Positions 1 to 10,219 of a DNA stretch of 64,000 bases are shown here, piece after piece. The position numbers and the translations under genes are program-made. The notes beneath the pieces are model-generated. The model had not been told where the DNA came from. It was given only the letters and a program-made list of their open reading frames with translations, and did no database searches. Source of the DNA: a virus (Duplodnaviria; Caudoviricetes); the IMG/VR virus record IMGVR_UViG_3300029305_005387; one strand, 5' to 3'. The first letter of the stretch is position 1; each line of letters begins with the position of its first letter.

Positions 1-1812
1 TTACAAGAAGCTGAAATGTCCATTAAAGAATACGAGAAATTATCTGATCGAATAAAAGCATCTGACCTAAGTGATACATCAATCGATGATATTATGAAGA
101 AACGTAGTAAACTAATGGATCAAAAAATTGATATTCAGTCAAGAATTAATTCATTCCGTTTAGCTATTGATTCTGTTTTGAAAAATATTGAACGATTAGA
201 ATTGAATATCAAAAAAGTTACATCAAATAATGATATTCAATCTTTAATAAATATTATTCAAAACATTCGTGATTCATTAAACAATACTCCATCATTTATT
301 ACATCATTCACACCTCTGGGTGCTACATCAGATGAAATTCATGAGTTATTTACCAAGCTTCAATCATTTAATCAAATAAGTCAAATGATCTATAGTTTAG
401 GAAACCGCCCAATTGATGTATATTTAAAACTAAGAAGTGAAGGAATTAGTATAGAGAAATGGTTAAAAGAACAAGCACAGAAAAATATTAGTAGAATTAA
501 TAATACTGATCTTCAAGTACTTTATGATCAATTATTCAAGGATGAAGTAATAATTAGTCCTAATTGTGATACAGAATATGTTGATTGCCCATTCTTTAGA
601 CTATCTGAGTTAATGAATAATATAAAATCAAAAGTTGAAGAGGAAACTTTTAATGAAGAAACTTTACGTTATATTCAAATTATCAGTCGTAATATTGATG
701 ATATTCTAAATGAATTAGATAGGTTTCAAAAGATTAAAATTCCAGATAAAATTAAAGATTCATTTACAGAGAAGAATCTATTAGATAGACTGAGAGAACA
801 CTTATCATTCTTTGAACTGAGTGAATTACATGAATATTTGTCTATTGTAAGAGATTATGAAATATATTCAGAAAACTCGAATAAATTAAAACAGTACGAA
901 TATCAGTTATCTATTTATCAAAAGGCTGGAGTAGATAATCATCTGGAAGAAATCAAACATCAACGAGAATTGGCAGAAAAGTATAAATCTCAAATTTCTG
1001 AATTACAGGTTCAATTATCTATGATCCAAAATGGGTTGGTTAAAGTTGATGAAGAAATAGCTCTATTAACAAAATTCAATGATAGTAAAAAGTATTTATC
1101 TTTAATGGAATCTACTGTTAAATCAACAAAGAAAGTATTAATACCGTTAGAAACAGCTGCTAATGAAAAAGCTGAATATGATTTCCAATTACGTCATATT
1201 ACAAACGCAATTGCATCTACTCGAGATCAACATCGTATTCTAGAAACAAAAATAAATGAATATAATCGTCTAGTTGATGAAGGAAAGAAACTGAGTAAAA
1301 AGAATAAAGATCTTTCTATTATTATGGAAGCTGTGTCAACAAAGAAAGGTATTCCTGTATTCTATATGAAAAGATATCTTGGAAAGATTCAAACATTAGC
1401 AAATGAATTATTAAGCATTATTTACGATGATGAATTCAAACTTGCTAATTTCAATGTTACACCAGAAACATTCGAAGTTCCATATATTAAAAATGGCAGA
1501 AAAATTCCAGATATTAAATACTCAAGTCAATCAGAAATTGCACTAGCAACAATGGCTTTATCATTTGCACTAGCAACAAACACAAATGGATTATATAATA
1601 TCTTACTGTTAGATGAAATTGATGCTGGATTAGATTCTAAAAATCGAGCAGCATTCTTAAAGATGTTATACACACAGATGAATACCATTCATGCAGAACA
1701 GGTATTTGTTATTTCTCATAATCTTTCTCAAATGGTAAATATTCCAATGGATTGTATATGTTTATCCGAAGATGTATCTGTATCAAAGTTACAAAATATC
1801 ATTTATGAATAA
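1..1812 (+). CDS. sbcC: SbcC/Rad50-like SMC-family ATPase, C-terminal part (5' end outside window)
   Basis: Long coiled coil; degenerate ABC signature (YSSQSE), Walker B LLLDEID, H-switch VISHN; frame is open from base 1. Confidence 0.85.
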   Translation, partial: LQEAEMSIKEYEKLSDRIKASDLSDTSIDDIMKKRSKLMDQKIDIQSRINSFRLAIDSVLKNIERLELNIKKVTSNNDIQSLINIIQNIRDSLNNTPSFITSFTPLGATSDEIHELFTKLQSFNQISQMIYSLGNRPIDVYLKLRSEGISIEKWLKEQAQKNISRINNTDLQVLYDQLFKDEVIISPNCDTEYVDCPFFRLSELMNNIKSKVEEETFNEETLRYIQIISRNIDDILNELDRFQKIKIPDKIKDSFTEKNLLDRLREHLSFFELSELHEYLSIVRDYEIYSENSNKLKQYEYQLSIYQKAGVDNHLEEIKHQRELAEKYKSQISELQVQLSMIQNGLVKVDEEIALLTKFNDSKKYLSLMESTVKSTKKVLIPLETAANEKAEYDFQLRHITNAIASTRDQHRILETKINEYNRLVDEGKKLSKKNKDLSIIMEAVSTKKGIPVFYMKRYLGKIQTLANELLSIIYDDEFKLANFNVTPETFEVPYIKNGRKIPDIKYSSQSEIALATMALSFALATNTNGLYNILLLDEIDAGLDSKNRAAFLKMLYTQMNTIHAEQVFVISHNLSQMVNIPMDCICLSEDVSVSKLQNIIYE

Positions 1813-1850
1813 AAAAATAAAAGGGATCTAAATGATCCCTTTTATTTTTT
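1812..1850. terminator. bidirectional intrinsic terminator
   Basis: aaaaaataaaagggatc-taaat-gatcccttttatttttt hairpin between convergent genes. Confidence 0.8.
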
Positions 1851-2343
1851 ATGATGTTACAGCTTTAAATACTTCCTGAAATGATCCAAATCGTTTATAA
1901 CGATATTTTTCTTGAGCTAGTGTCAATCTGAATGTTACTTCTGTATCTTCTGCTGTTTCTGCTCGATTGATATTGATCCAGATTGGAAGTTTAATATCGA
2001 TTGTTTCACCTTCGTTATGATCTTTCAATAAACAACTAGGAATGAATCTTCCACTATTTAATCCAATCAATACAATATTTCCATCTTCGTTCACTGTACG
2101 AATATTGTGATCTGCGACATTATCTGAACAGAATTCTTTTGAGACTATCCATGTTTCTACACATAAATCTTTTTCTTCATTGAATTCAACCCCATTCATT
2201 TTACAAATGCTTTTCATAAGTTCTCTTTTCTTTTCAGGCTCAAAGAATTCATTAATTTTGGCAGCTGAGTTTGGAATGATAAAAACATCTCCATTAATTA
2301 CCAAATTTTCAATGTTGTTCATGTCGATAATAGTTCTTTCCAT
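1849..2343 (-). CDS. hypothetical protein
   Basis: 164-aa ORF with GAGG RBS. Confidence 0.75.
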   Translation of the reverse strand: MERTIIDMNNIENLVINGDVFIIPNSAAKINEFFEPEKKRELMKSICKMNGVEFNEEKDLCVETWIVSKEFCSDNVADHNIRTVNEDGNIVLIGLNSGRFIPSCLLKDHNEGETIDIKLPIWININRAETAEDTEVTFRLTLAQEKYRYKRFGSFQEVFKAVTS

Positions 2344-2368
2344 AATTATTTACCTCGCCTTTCCTTTA

Positions 2369-2614
2369 TTAATTATTTTCACTACTGAAAATTACATTTG
2401 TGATATGAACCATATAAACAATCCCATGTCTGTCAACGATCTGAGCCATACCATTATCAAGAATATATAATTCCTTAAGTGTCACATTCTTCTTAAAATC
2501 GCCAACCTGAAATTTTGCTCTAGTAATCTTTTCAATATCAAATGAAGATTGATACTTATTAACATCATCACTATGTTTAAGAGTTAAATTAATTGCTGAA
2601 GTTATGTTGTTCAT
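2369..2614 (-). CDS. hypothetical early protein
   Basis: 81-aa ORF, AGGAGG RBS, downstream of the conserved promoter/leader block. Confidence 0.7.
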   Translation of the reverse strand: MNNITSAINLTLKHSDDVNKYQSSFDIEKITRAKFQVGDFKKNVTLKELYILDNGMAQIVDRHGIVYMVHITNVIFSSENN

Positions 2615-2663
2615 ATTATGAACCTCCTTATTGTGTATTATTTTATGTATATGATTTACCTTT

Positions 2664-2707
2664 GTTACATATTAAGAATATATCAATCATTATGAGAAAC
2701 ATACGAT
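2664..2707 (-). promoter_or_regulatory. putative phage early promoter (TCGTAT-N18-TATATTCTTAATATGTAAC)
   Basis: Same motif recurs at 6047-6089 and 57838-57880; the TATATT core resembles phiKZ/AR9 early promoter consensus. Confidence 0.65.
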
Positions 2708-2737
2708 AAGGGTGGGAAAATCCCACCCTTATCGTAT
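2701..2737. terminator. intrinsic terminator hairpin
   Basis: atacgataagggtggga-aaa-tcccacccttatcgtat at the 3' end of ORF 2737..4560. Confidence 0.7.
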
Positions 2738-4560
2738 TATTTTAATTTAAATAATGCTTTATTTTCACGAATGTTCACAACTTTTGAATCATCAGCAACT
2801 ATATTTTTTATAGAAGTATCAGAAATGTCATTTTTCAAAAATAGTTCTCCATCTGTGTCTGTTTCTAATAAATATGTATTGTTACCATGAGATGTAGCAC
2901 TAATCATTTTTATACCTTTTAAATTTAATTCTATTTCAGATATTTCTTCTCCGTCAATAAATCTGAAAAGAATGTTACCACAACCGGCATATTTTAAATG
3001 ATTTACTACTTCCTGTAATCTTTCTTTATCAGAAGACGCCGAAGACTTAAATAATCTAGCTGCATGAAATAATGAGCATGAAGGATTTACCCAAGGTATT
3101 ATAGAACTATCTAATTCAATAAATGCTCCACTTTCCCAAACAATTAATCCTTCATGAATAGCTCTTTCAATTCTCATTTCAGCATACCAATCAATCATAT
3201 CTCGATGATAATATTCAAAATATTTATCAATTTTAATACCATTTCCTTCTGGAATATGATATTCAATATGATTCAAATTATCCTTAAATAACTCATATAG
3301 TTTAGATTCATGAATACCAACAGGTGTAGAAAATAATATTCTATCTTCTGTATTATCGTTATTAAAAATAATAATTTTACCTTTATCTCCAAAAATAATA
3401 TTTCCAGGTTTAAATCCTATTAGCTGATCTAAACTTTCAATTATTAAAGTTCCCTTAATAAATAAAACTTCGTCATTCAACTCGTTATGAGTAGAACGGA
3501 TTGAAGATTTATTTACTAATCTAATAGTACCAGACTCTTCAATAGTTAATGTTGATCCTCTGTCTATAGTAATTAGAGAATTTTTACCATCCACAACAAT
3601 AGTACCATTTACATTACAAAATCCTTCATGATAACAATTATCAATTACTACACCTAAGTACAATTCAGGACGTAAATAACGATATCCTTGATAATTTTCA
3701 CTAATGTATAGAGTACATCCCTGATCTACTTGGAAACTTTCAACAACTTGTAACTCTTCGATTATATTTTTTTGACGACCTAAAACAGATAATTTGAAAT
3801 CACCGAGAACCATTTCTCCCCATGTAACTGCAAGTTCGATTACTTGGGATTTGGTTAATGGAGATCCATATCTCCATCGATAACTTACGCGACCAATAAA
3901 TGAATTATATTCTCCTTGAGTATAAGGATTAATAATTTCCTTTCGTAGATCCTGTTCATAATCAGTAATACTATATACTCGTTCACCCAAATTTAGATCT
4001 TCTACATTTACATGAGCAGCACTATCAATATATATACCGTCGTTATTAATAATATTATCTACTACTGATAGTGTTACGTTAATATCACCATATATTTCAA
4101 CCGTAGAACCTTTCTCAACAATGATGTTACACATTTCATCTACAACTAATGTAGAATCGCTATAGAGTATTAGTTTTCCACCATTATTAACTATAATCTG
4201 AGATGATTGAGTCATGTTCAAAATTCCATGAATATTTAAACATCCAGCGTTGATTATCAATGTATCATCGATAATTAATTCTGTATCATTAATAACGGTG
4301 AAATTATTATAAGGCTTCTCAGGATGGGATTCAATATCATTAGTAATGTGAAATATTCCAGTACCAGTACGAATGCTTCCACTCTCAGTAAATATATCAA
4401 ACCTACAGTTTTCTCCATTTACTTCGTTACAAAAAACATTGATGACACCATCTCCAATCCCATAATAAGAATTAGATTTTTCATGTGGAATATATTTATT
4501 CAATAAACGTTCGTTTTCAAATTCAATTAATGTTGGTTTATTTAAATTCATTTTAATCAA
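2737..4560 (-). CDS. hypothetical protein with beta-helix-like repeats (possibly structural)
   Basis: 607 aa; I/V/G/N-rich periodic segments (LIINAGCLNIHG, IIVNNGGKLIL, LTIEESGTIRL). Confidence 0.6.
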   Translation of the reverse strand: MIKMNLNKPTLIEFENERLLNKYIPHEKSNSYYGIGDGVINVFCNEVNGENCRFDIFTESGSIRTGTGIFHITNDIESHPEKPYNNFTVINDTELIIDDTLIINAGCLNIHGILNMTQSSQIIVNNGGKLILYSDSTLVVDEMCNIIVEKGSTVEIYGDINVTLSVVDNIINNDGIYIDSAAHVNVEDLNLGERVYSITDYEQDLRKEIINPYTQGEYNSFIGRVSYRWRYGSPLTKSQVIELAVTWGEMVLGDFKLSVLGRQKNIIEELQVVESFQVDQGCTLYISENYQGYRYLRPELYLGVVIDNCYHEGFCNVNGTIVVDGKNSLITIDRGSTLTIEESGTIRLVNKSSIRSTHNELNDEVLFIKGTLIIESLDQLIGFKPGNIIFGDKGKIIIFNNDNTEDRILFSTPVGIHESKLYELFKDNLNHIEYHIPEGNGIKIDKYFEYYHRDMIDWYAEMRIERAIHEGLIVWESGAFIELDSSIIPWVNPSCSLFHAARLFKSSASSDKERLQEVVNHLKYAGCGNILFRFIDGEEISEIELNLKGIKMISATSHGNNTYLLETDTDGELFLKNDISDTSIKNIVADDSKVVNIRENKALFKLK

Positions 4561-4624
4561 ACCTCCCTAGAAAAAGTATTAGATAATTTATACTCGAGTT
4601 CAATTATGAAATTCTAAATCAAAA

Positions 4625-4660
4625 AATAAATAGGGATGGAAATTTCCATCCCTATTTATT
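4625..4660. terminator. intrinsic terminator hairpin
   Basis: aataaatagggatggaaatttccatccctatttatt palindrome. Confidence 0.7.
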
Positions 4661-4677
4661 CAACAGATCTATCTTAT

Positions 4678-4917
4678 TTATAATTCGTCACAGCAACCTT
4701 GTGAATACAATATTGCACTATCGTGATTTTCTCCTACATCTGATTTCACCGTAACACTAATTTCTATTTCATCAATCAACTGATCATTCAATTCAGTTAC
4801 AAGCTCATCTACGACACTTTTAATGATGTTTCTGTTAATAACTGAATTACTAGCGTTCTTAGGTTTATGACCATCATATTGTTTGCGAGTGATTTTATAT
4901 ACTTTACTCATTTCCAT
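4678..4917 (-). CDS. hypothetical protein
   Basis: 79-aa ORF overlapping the stop of the upstream gene. Confidence 0.6.
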   Translation of the reverse strand: MEMSKVYKITRKQYDGHKPKNASNSVINRNIIKSVVDELVTELNDQLIDEIEISVTVKSDVGENHDSAILYSQGCCDEL

Positions 4918-6007
4918 CCACCAAACCTTTCTGTTTAGTTCTAATACGAATAAGATTCATGTAATCATACATTCCTTCAAAACGTACATAATTCTCACTG
5001 ATCACATCATATTCCATTTCCATCCATACTGTTTCTAATAGTTCAAAGAAATCATCATCTGCCGTACAACCACCCTGATCTTCACCTATATAAATCAGAT
5101 CGATATTCATTTCCATACACACTTTGAGAATATTGTAGGCAAATGGTGATGAATATTCTGGAAAACTCATCAGAACATAGTCATATTCTTTACCGTACTT
5201 TTTAACTGCTTCCACACCATCAATCTTTTCTATGTCTATATATTTATGTTTGAAGAAATCTTCCCATGCAAAGTTATCAGTGACTTTAATATCAACTCCT
5301 CTTTTCTGTAATTCAGCAGCTAAATATGCGGATCCACATCCTACTTCTAAAATTCGTTTACCATCAAAGAATTTTACCATATCATCTATTAATTCCTGAT
5401 TTAATAATGAATATCCGTACAATTTAATATATTTTGATCTGATGCGAGATGCTGTTTGAATTCTATTGAATTTGTCACGGTGTGTAATAGGAACACTTGA
5501 TATGGAATGACGAAGTTGTGATACTGTCGGTAAGATTCCTGTATTTACTTGTCTTACGAACCATTTTTCCGGATAATCTTCTACTAACTTTCCATAGAGT
5601 AATACATTCAATGCTTTGCAAATAGATGAACAATGTTCTTGATTTATTACAGAAAATTTGATATCAATGGAATCAAGGATATCATTTATTGTATTACTCA
5701 AACAACCGTGATAATATGGGATATTTTCCTTATCATCATATAAATACTGAACCATTACCTGTACATTTTGATCTGGCAGCATTTCTTCAAATGTAAAGTC
5801 GCACATCTTCACTGCATAACTTGCGTCTTTATCTTTCTTAATAAGACTAGCTGTGAGTGGAAAATCTAAACTGTTACAAGTAATTCCAAAGCTTGTATTA
5901 CCATCTGCACTGTTTCCATATGTTGGATATGAGATATTGTTCTCGTCATACTTAAGAGATTTAATTAAATTAAGTAGATCTCCAAATCTAAAAATTTCTT
6001 GATTCAT
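4904..6007 (-). CDS. class I SAM-dependent methyltransferase domain protein
   Basis: C-terminal motif I ILEVGCGSAYLA, then D-ended strand and YIGE motif; N-terminal half unrecognised. Confidence 0.7.
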   Translation of the reverse strand: MNQEIFRFGDLLNLIKSLKYDENNISYPTYGNSADGNTSFGITCNSLDFPLTASLIKKDKDASYAVKMCDFTFEEMLPDQNVQVMVQYLYDDKENIPYYHGCLSNTINDILDSIDIKFSVINQEHCSSICKALNVLLYGKLVEDYPEKWFVRQVNTGILPTVSQLRHSISSVPITHRDKFNRIQTASRIRSKYIKLYGYSLLNQELIDDMVKFFDGKRILEVGCGSAYLAAELQKRGVDIKVTDNFAWEDFFKHKYIDIEKIDGVEAVKKYGKEYDYVLMSFPEYSSPFAYNILKVCMEMNIDLIYIGEDQGGCTADDDFFELLETVWMEMEYDVISENYVRFEGMYDYMNLIRIRTKQKGLVDGNE

Positions 6008-6046
6008 ATTATGAACCTCCTTTTGTTTTTATTATTTTTCATCTTG

Positions 6047-6089
6047 GTTACATATTAAGAATATATTATACAAAAATCAGCTAATACGA
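6047..6089 (-). promoter_or_regulatory. putative phage early promoter
   Basis: TCGTAT-N18-TATATTCTTAATATGTAAC, same as at 2664 and 57838. Confidence 0.65.
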
Positions 6090-6096
6090 ATAAAAA

Positions 6097-6129
6097 AATA
6101 ATAGGAGACCGTAACGGTCTCCTATTATT
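6097..6129. terminator. intrinsic terminator hairpin
   Basis: aataataggagaccg-taa-cggtctcctattatt downstream of beta' exon 2. Confidence 0.75.
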
Positions 6130-6145
6130 GAAATTATTTTTGATT

Positions 6146-6664
6146 TTATTTATCGCTAAGGATAGCGAGAGAGATGTTTTCAATTGGACTTACGTCATAC
6201 TTAATAGCAGAAGTTGTTCTATCAATAAGCATGTTTATAGGCGAGAAACCTGCAAACATATCCCAAAACTCTTCCATTTCAAGTCCTAATGTATTTAGTA
6301 CATCTCCATCGAAGTCGGCATTGAGACCTGGGAGGATTGCACTAGGTATGGCTAAGGTGTAATCCTCTGCATCCGGTTTAATCCTTCTGACTCTCATTAA
6401 AAGTATACTTCCGAACGTTATTGTTGGATTTCTGTTAAGAATAATCTTAATATTATCATTCTCAACTATTCTGCACATTACACCATATACGTATGGATCA
6501 AAGTTAAATTTACTTTCTAAGAAATTTGTTGCTTTTGTAATAGTCCAACCTTTATCTTTGATGATATAAGCAAGGATATGTCCTTTAAACTGCTCAATAA
6601 AAGCTTTATAACTCATATCAACTTCATCAATCTTGAGGGTGGGATCTAATACTATGACTTGTCG
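6146..6664 (-). CDS. rpoC: RNA polymerase beta' subunit (N-terminal half), exon 2
   Basis: NRNPTI and catalytic NADFDGD motifs; joins exon 1 in frame as ...GGEYNFSG|RQVIVLDP (cf. GKRVDYSGRSVIV); spliced product about 460 aa. Confidence 0.9.
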   Translation of the reverse strand, partial: RQVIVLDPTLKIDEVDMSYKAFIEQFKGHILAYIIKDKGWTITKATNFLESKFNFDPYVYGVMCRIVENDNIKIILNRNPTITFGSILLMRVRRIKPDAEDYTLAIPSAILPGLNADFDGDVLNTLGLEMEEFWDMFAGFSPINMLIDRTTSAIKYDVSPIENISLAILSDK

Positions 6665-8031
6665 CATTATCTTCATACTGTATCGCAACTACAGTACCGA
6701 GCTTTTAACTCTGCTACTGCTTTCGCAGTACGACAGTAGAATTTCACTACTGAAGAACCATTACGGTTGATGAGACTATATCTTCATCATATATTCTGTT
6801 ACCAAATATATGATGTCCCTCCATTTCCCATTACTATATTAATATTACTATTAATAACCTCCATTAGCTTTGAGGGGTAATAACCACTATATTATACAAC
6901 GTATTTCTCGTTATACATAGTTAGGTTAATAGTCGTTGAACGTTGTTCTGCATTAATACAGAACCTTCGCTGCCTATGATTATCCAATCCTAAATGATTT
7001 TACCATCCGATAGTCGTTATACTATCTGCTACACTGTACATCACTGTCAGCTGCGGTTATTTAGGCTCTAAGGAACTTCCGGCAATTAAAAGGAAGCAGG
7101 CCAAACAAGTTTATTCATCTGATTGCTGATTTAATTCATAACCAAAGATAAATTCTTCTTCAATTTCATATTCTTTTTCTTTTTCAGAAGATTTATCTAA
7201 TTTACATCGAAATTTTTTCTTGGAAGGATTTAGATAATTATTATCTCTGATACGCCATTTAATATAATTAATATTAGCTTTTGTATCAGGTAAACCTACT
7301 ATCTGTAAAATTTCTTTTTTACTTCGTAATCCTCTTTTTAGTAATTCATCTATCATATTATTTTGCTCTTTAGAACGATCTCCATATGTATTAAATTTTG
7401 GAATATTATATTCACTTCTAATTTCATTCCAATTTCCGTTATATTTTATTCCACTAACAAATGCAGTCGTAACATTTAATTTCTTAGCTATATGATAGAT
7501 GGATTTACCTTTTTCTAACATTTTACAGACTTTTCTAATAGTCTTTTCGTCATGTGATGGTTTTAAACCAGTTTTCATAGCATGTTCAATATTTTCTTTG
7601 AATGATACCCATTCAAGATTATCTACACAATTGTTAGTTTTCACTCCATCAATATGATTCACTTGAGGTTTATTTTCTGGATCAGGGTTAGGGATAAATG
7701 TTAAGGCTACTAACCTATGAACACTATAATGTTTATCCTTTCCATTAATACTTAATGCTACTCTTGGATATCCACCTCGCGTATAATCAATATGAACTCG
7801 CAATTGTTTCCCAGTAACAATATTTCGAACATTACCATATGAACTGATTTCATAGTTTGATTCAATACCATCAGTTTTAAATCTCTTCCATTCTTCTTTC
7901 TTTGATGTAAACGATTCATAATCTTTATAATCAATCATGTTTAAATTCCTCCTTCATATTTTTTACTATTATGTAAGAAGAAATTTAATTTAAAAATCAG
8001 CAATTTATACAGGGATAACCATGTCGATAAA
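6665..8031 (-). mobile_element. group I intron in beta' gene carrying an HNH endonuclease in the P1 loop
   Basis: R element GTTCAACGACTA (6941-6930) and S element AAGATATAGTC (6784-6774); 5' exon ends CAGGU and pairs with IGS GGCCUG (U.G wobble); terminal G at 6665; removal restores the frame. Confidence 0.9.
7111..7938 (-). CDS. intron-encoded NUMOD4/HNH homing endonuclease
   Basis: [11 protein letters not shown] (NUMOD4), VHRLVA...[18 protein letters not shown] (HNH), C-terminal HTH-like segment. Confidence 0.9.
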   Translation of the reverse strand: MIDYKDYESFTSKKEEWKRFKTDGIESNYEISSYGNVRNIVTGKQLRVHIDYTRGGYPRVALSINGKDKHYSVHRLVALTFIPNPDPENKPQVNHIDGVKTNNCVDNLEWVSFKENIEHAMKTGLKPSHDEKTIRKVCKMLEKGKSIYHIAKKLNVTTAFVSGIKYNGNWNEIRSEYNIPKFNTYGDRSKEQNNMIDELLKRGLRSKKEILQIVGLPDTKANINYIKWRIRDNNYLNPSKKKFRCKLDKSSEKEKEYEIEEEFIFGYELNQQSDE

Positions 8032-8895
8032 ACCTGAAAAATTGTATTCTCCGCCTAAAACATTGGAACGGATCCAGCCATGTTTGCTATCGAGCAGACT
8101 AAATGTAAGTGACCAAAGTTCATTTACTCTCATTTGAGCTTGATATAGATAAAGTGGTACTTCAATTGGGTTAGCTCTTTTAAGGTTAATAGTAATATTT
8201 GTTAATGGATGAATCTGTCTATCCTGTCCACAGAAGTAGTATGATTCTGGTGTAAGTCCTTCTGGTCTTAACACTGTTGAATATACAGGAATTTTAGATG
8301 TCCAAACAATATCTTTATCTTCAATAAGAGAATCAATAAGATCAGCTTTTTGTTTTCTTTTACTTTTATAATACAACATAATCTCTTCAAAGTTTTCATA
8401 GAAAGCTTGCATGCCGATGTTATGATACATTAAAGAAGTTTTCTTAACCTCAATAGTATCATTATGTTTTCTAATAGTACCTGAAGATGTAATCAGATTC
8501 TCATTAGAAATAATATTCTCCAGATTCTTTTTAGAGATAGCCGATTGTAATCTCTGATAGAATAACGGATTTATTAGCTTATATTTTCCGAAATTAAGCC
8601 ATCCCGTATACTTGATGTTCACATCTTTATATTCGATTTTGGAACCACATTGAGGGCAGGTTTCTCCTTCAAATGCAGCACCAATATACTTCCCACATTT
8701 ACAGGACCATTTATCAAGAAATTCATTGGTCTCACCGTATGTGGAGCCAAATCGTGGACTTCTTGGACCGTCCATGTTTCTTACAGTTTTATCAATATCT
8801 GAATATGGTGTCTCACTGATTAAGAATCCTTTGTCATTGATAATATCATACATACACTCGGATTCTAAATTCATTCTTGAAAATTTAATACGCAT
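8032..8895 (-). CDS. rpoC: RNA polymerase beta' subunit (N-terminal half), exon 1
   Basis: beta' zinc-binding region SCKCGKY...TCPQCG, IPVYSTVLRP, ending KHGWIRSNVLGGEYNFSG. Confidence 0.88.
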
Positions 8896-8912
8896 AATTT
8901 ATCATACCTCCT

Positions 8913-9290
8913 TTATTTATATCTAAATAAATTCGTACATTTTTCACATTGATAAATTGTGTCATATCCTTCTCCGTATATTTTCAATGTAGTATTCATG
9001 TTATATTGCCCTCCAACTAATTGATGACAATGTGGATACTCACCATATAGTTTCTTTCCATCGTCCATATGATGAGAAGGATATACGAATGGAATATCAT
9101 TAATAAGAATATTACCTTCAATCTTTTTAGAAATAATGGAAATATTAATATCTTTAATTTTAAGCTTCAGATTATTTATTTCATCTTCTAATGATTTTAT
9201 TTCACGAGATGTTTCCTCATATTTCTTACAATCATCTTCAGACTTAAAGTACTTTCCATCATTAGCAATGTAAAATAGTACTTCTGTCAT
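8913..9290 (-). CDS. hypothetical protein with C-terminal Cys/His motif
   Basis: 125-aa ORF with GAGG RBS. Confidence 0.65.
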   Translation of the reverse strand: MTEVLFYIANDGKYFKSEDDCKKYEETSREIKSLEDEINNLKLKIKDINISIISKKIEGNILINDIPFVYPSHHMDDGKKLYGEYPHCHQLVGGQYNMNTTLKIYGEGYDTIYQCEKCTNLFRYK

Positions 9291-9305
9291 ATTTAGATAA
9301 CCTCT

Positions 9306-9512
9306 TTAATATTCAATTCTTTTCTGTATCTTTGTGATCTTATTCTGGACTATAATAGCCATTGTTTTGTCATTATTTTTACTCATACTTTTATAACCAG
9401 AATTATCAGCTGAATCCATTTTCACATATAACCAATTTTCAGGATCAACAATTCCATTCTTCATCAAGATAGATCTCTGAGCAGCCGTTAACTTTTTACC
9501 GTTCTTTGCCAT
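9306..9512 (-). CDS. small phage protein (DUF6906-like)
   Basis: KNGKKLTxxQxxILxxxGxxPENWLxVK pattern common in Firmicutes phages. Confidence 0.55.
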   Translation of the reverse strand: MAKNGKKLTAAQRSILMKNGIVDPENWLYVKMDSADNSGYKSMSKNNDKTMAIIVQNKITKIQKRIEY

Positions 9513-9580
9513 AATTACCTTTCCTCCATAAATGTGTTAAAATATAGAGATGGGAGAATTTCTCCCATCTCTATTGATGG

Positions 9581-10198
9581 TTATATTTTCTTAAAGCATT
9601 CTCTGATCACATATGCGTCCCATAAAGAGTTATGTTTTGCATTACAAAGTAAATCTTTGAATATAGAATTATTTCTAATGGATGACAACTCTCCATTTGT
9701 TAAAAATCCTTCTCGGGAAACATCCGGATCAATTCCATTACACTGAAAAGCTGTACATAAATCTGCAGGAATATAGTAAATACATCCTTGTAGATCTTTT
9801 GCATTACCAGATTTACAGATTAGATTGTTAAATAATACCCAATCATATGCTAAACAATCGGAGTACATCTGAATTGTCTGATTTGAAATCTTTGCTTCTC
9901 TTTCAAGCCATTCGGTTAACATCTCATGGATTTCTCGAGAACTACCTGTCATCATAACATTCATATGAATTCCATCAAGATGACATTGTTCTACTTTAAC
10001 TCCTTCTTTGAATAACAGATTTTCTACAACATGTTCTTTGACAAAATCATCAACCTGTGAACGATCATAATCATTGAATTCAGCATAGAAATAGTGTCCA
10101 TTTTCAGTAATACAACCGATAGAAATCAGTGTAGTTGTCTGATGTAATCCAGTAAATTCACAATCGAAATATACTGGTAACATATCACGTTTGTCCAT
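9581..10198 (-). CDS. DEDDh 3'-5' exoribonuclease (Rv2179c/RNase AS-like)
   Basis: YFDCEFTGL...LISIG, AYDWVLF, HNSLWDA motifs. Confidence 0.85.
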   Translation of the reverse strand: MDKRDMLPVYFDCEFTGLHQTTTLISIGCITENGHYFYAEFNDYDRSQVDDFVKEHVVENLLFKEGVKVEQCHLDGIHMNVMMTGSSREIHEMLTEWLEREAKISNQTIQMYSDCLAYDWVLFNNLICKSGNAKDLQGCIYYIPADLCTAFQCNGIDPDVSREGFLTNGELSSIRNNSIFKDLLCNAKHNSLWDAYVIRECFKKI

Positions 10199-10219
10199 GT
10201 AAATAATCTCCTTCCTTTG

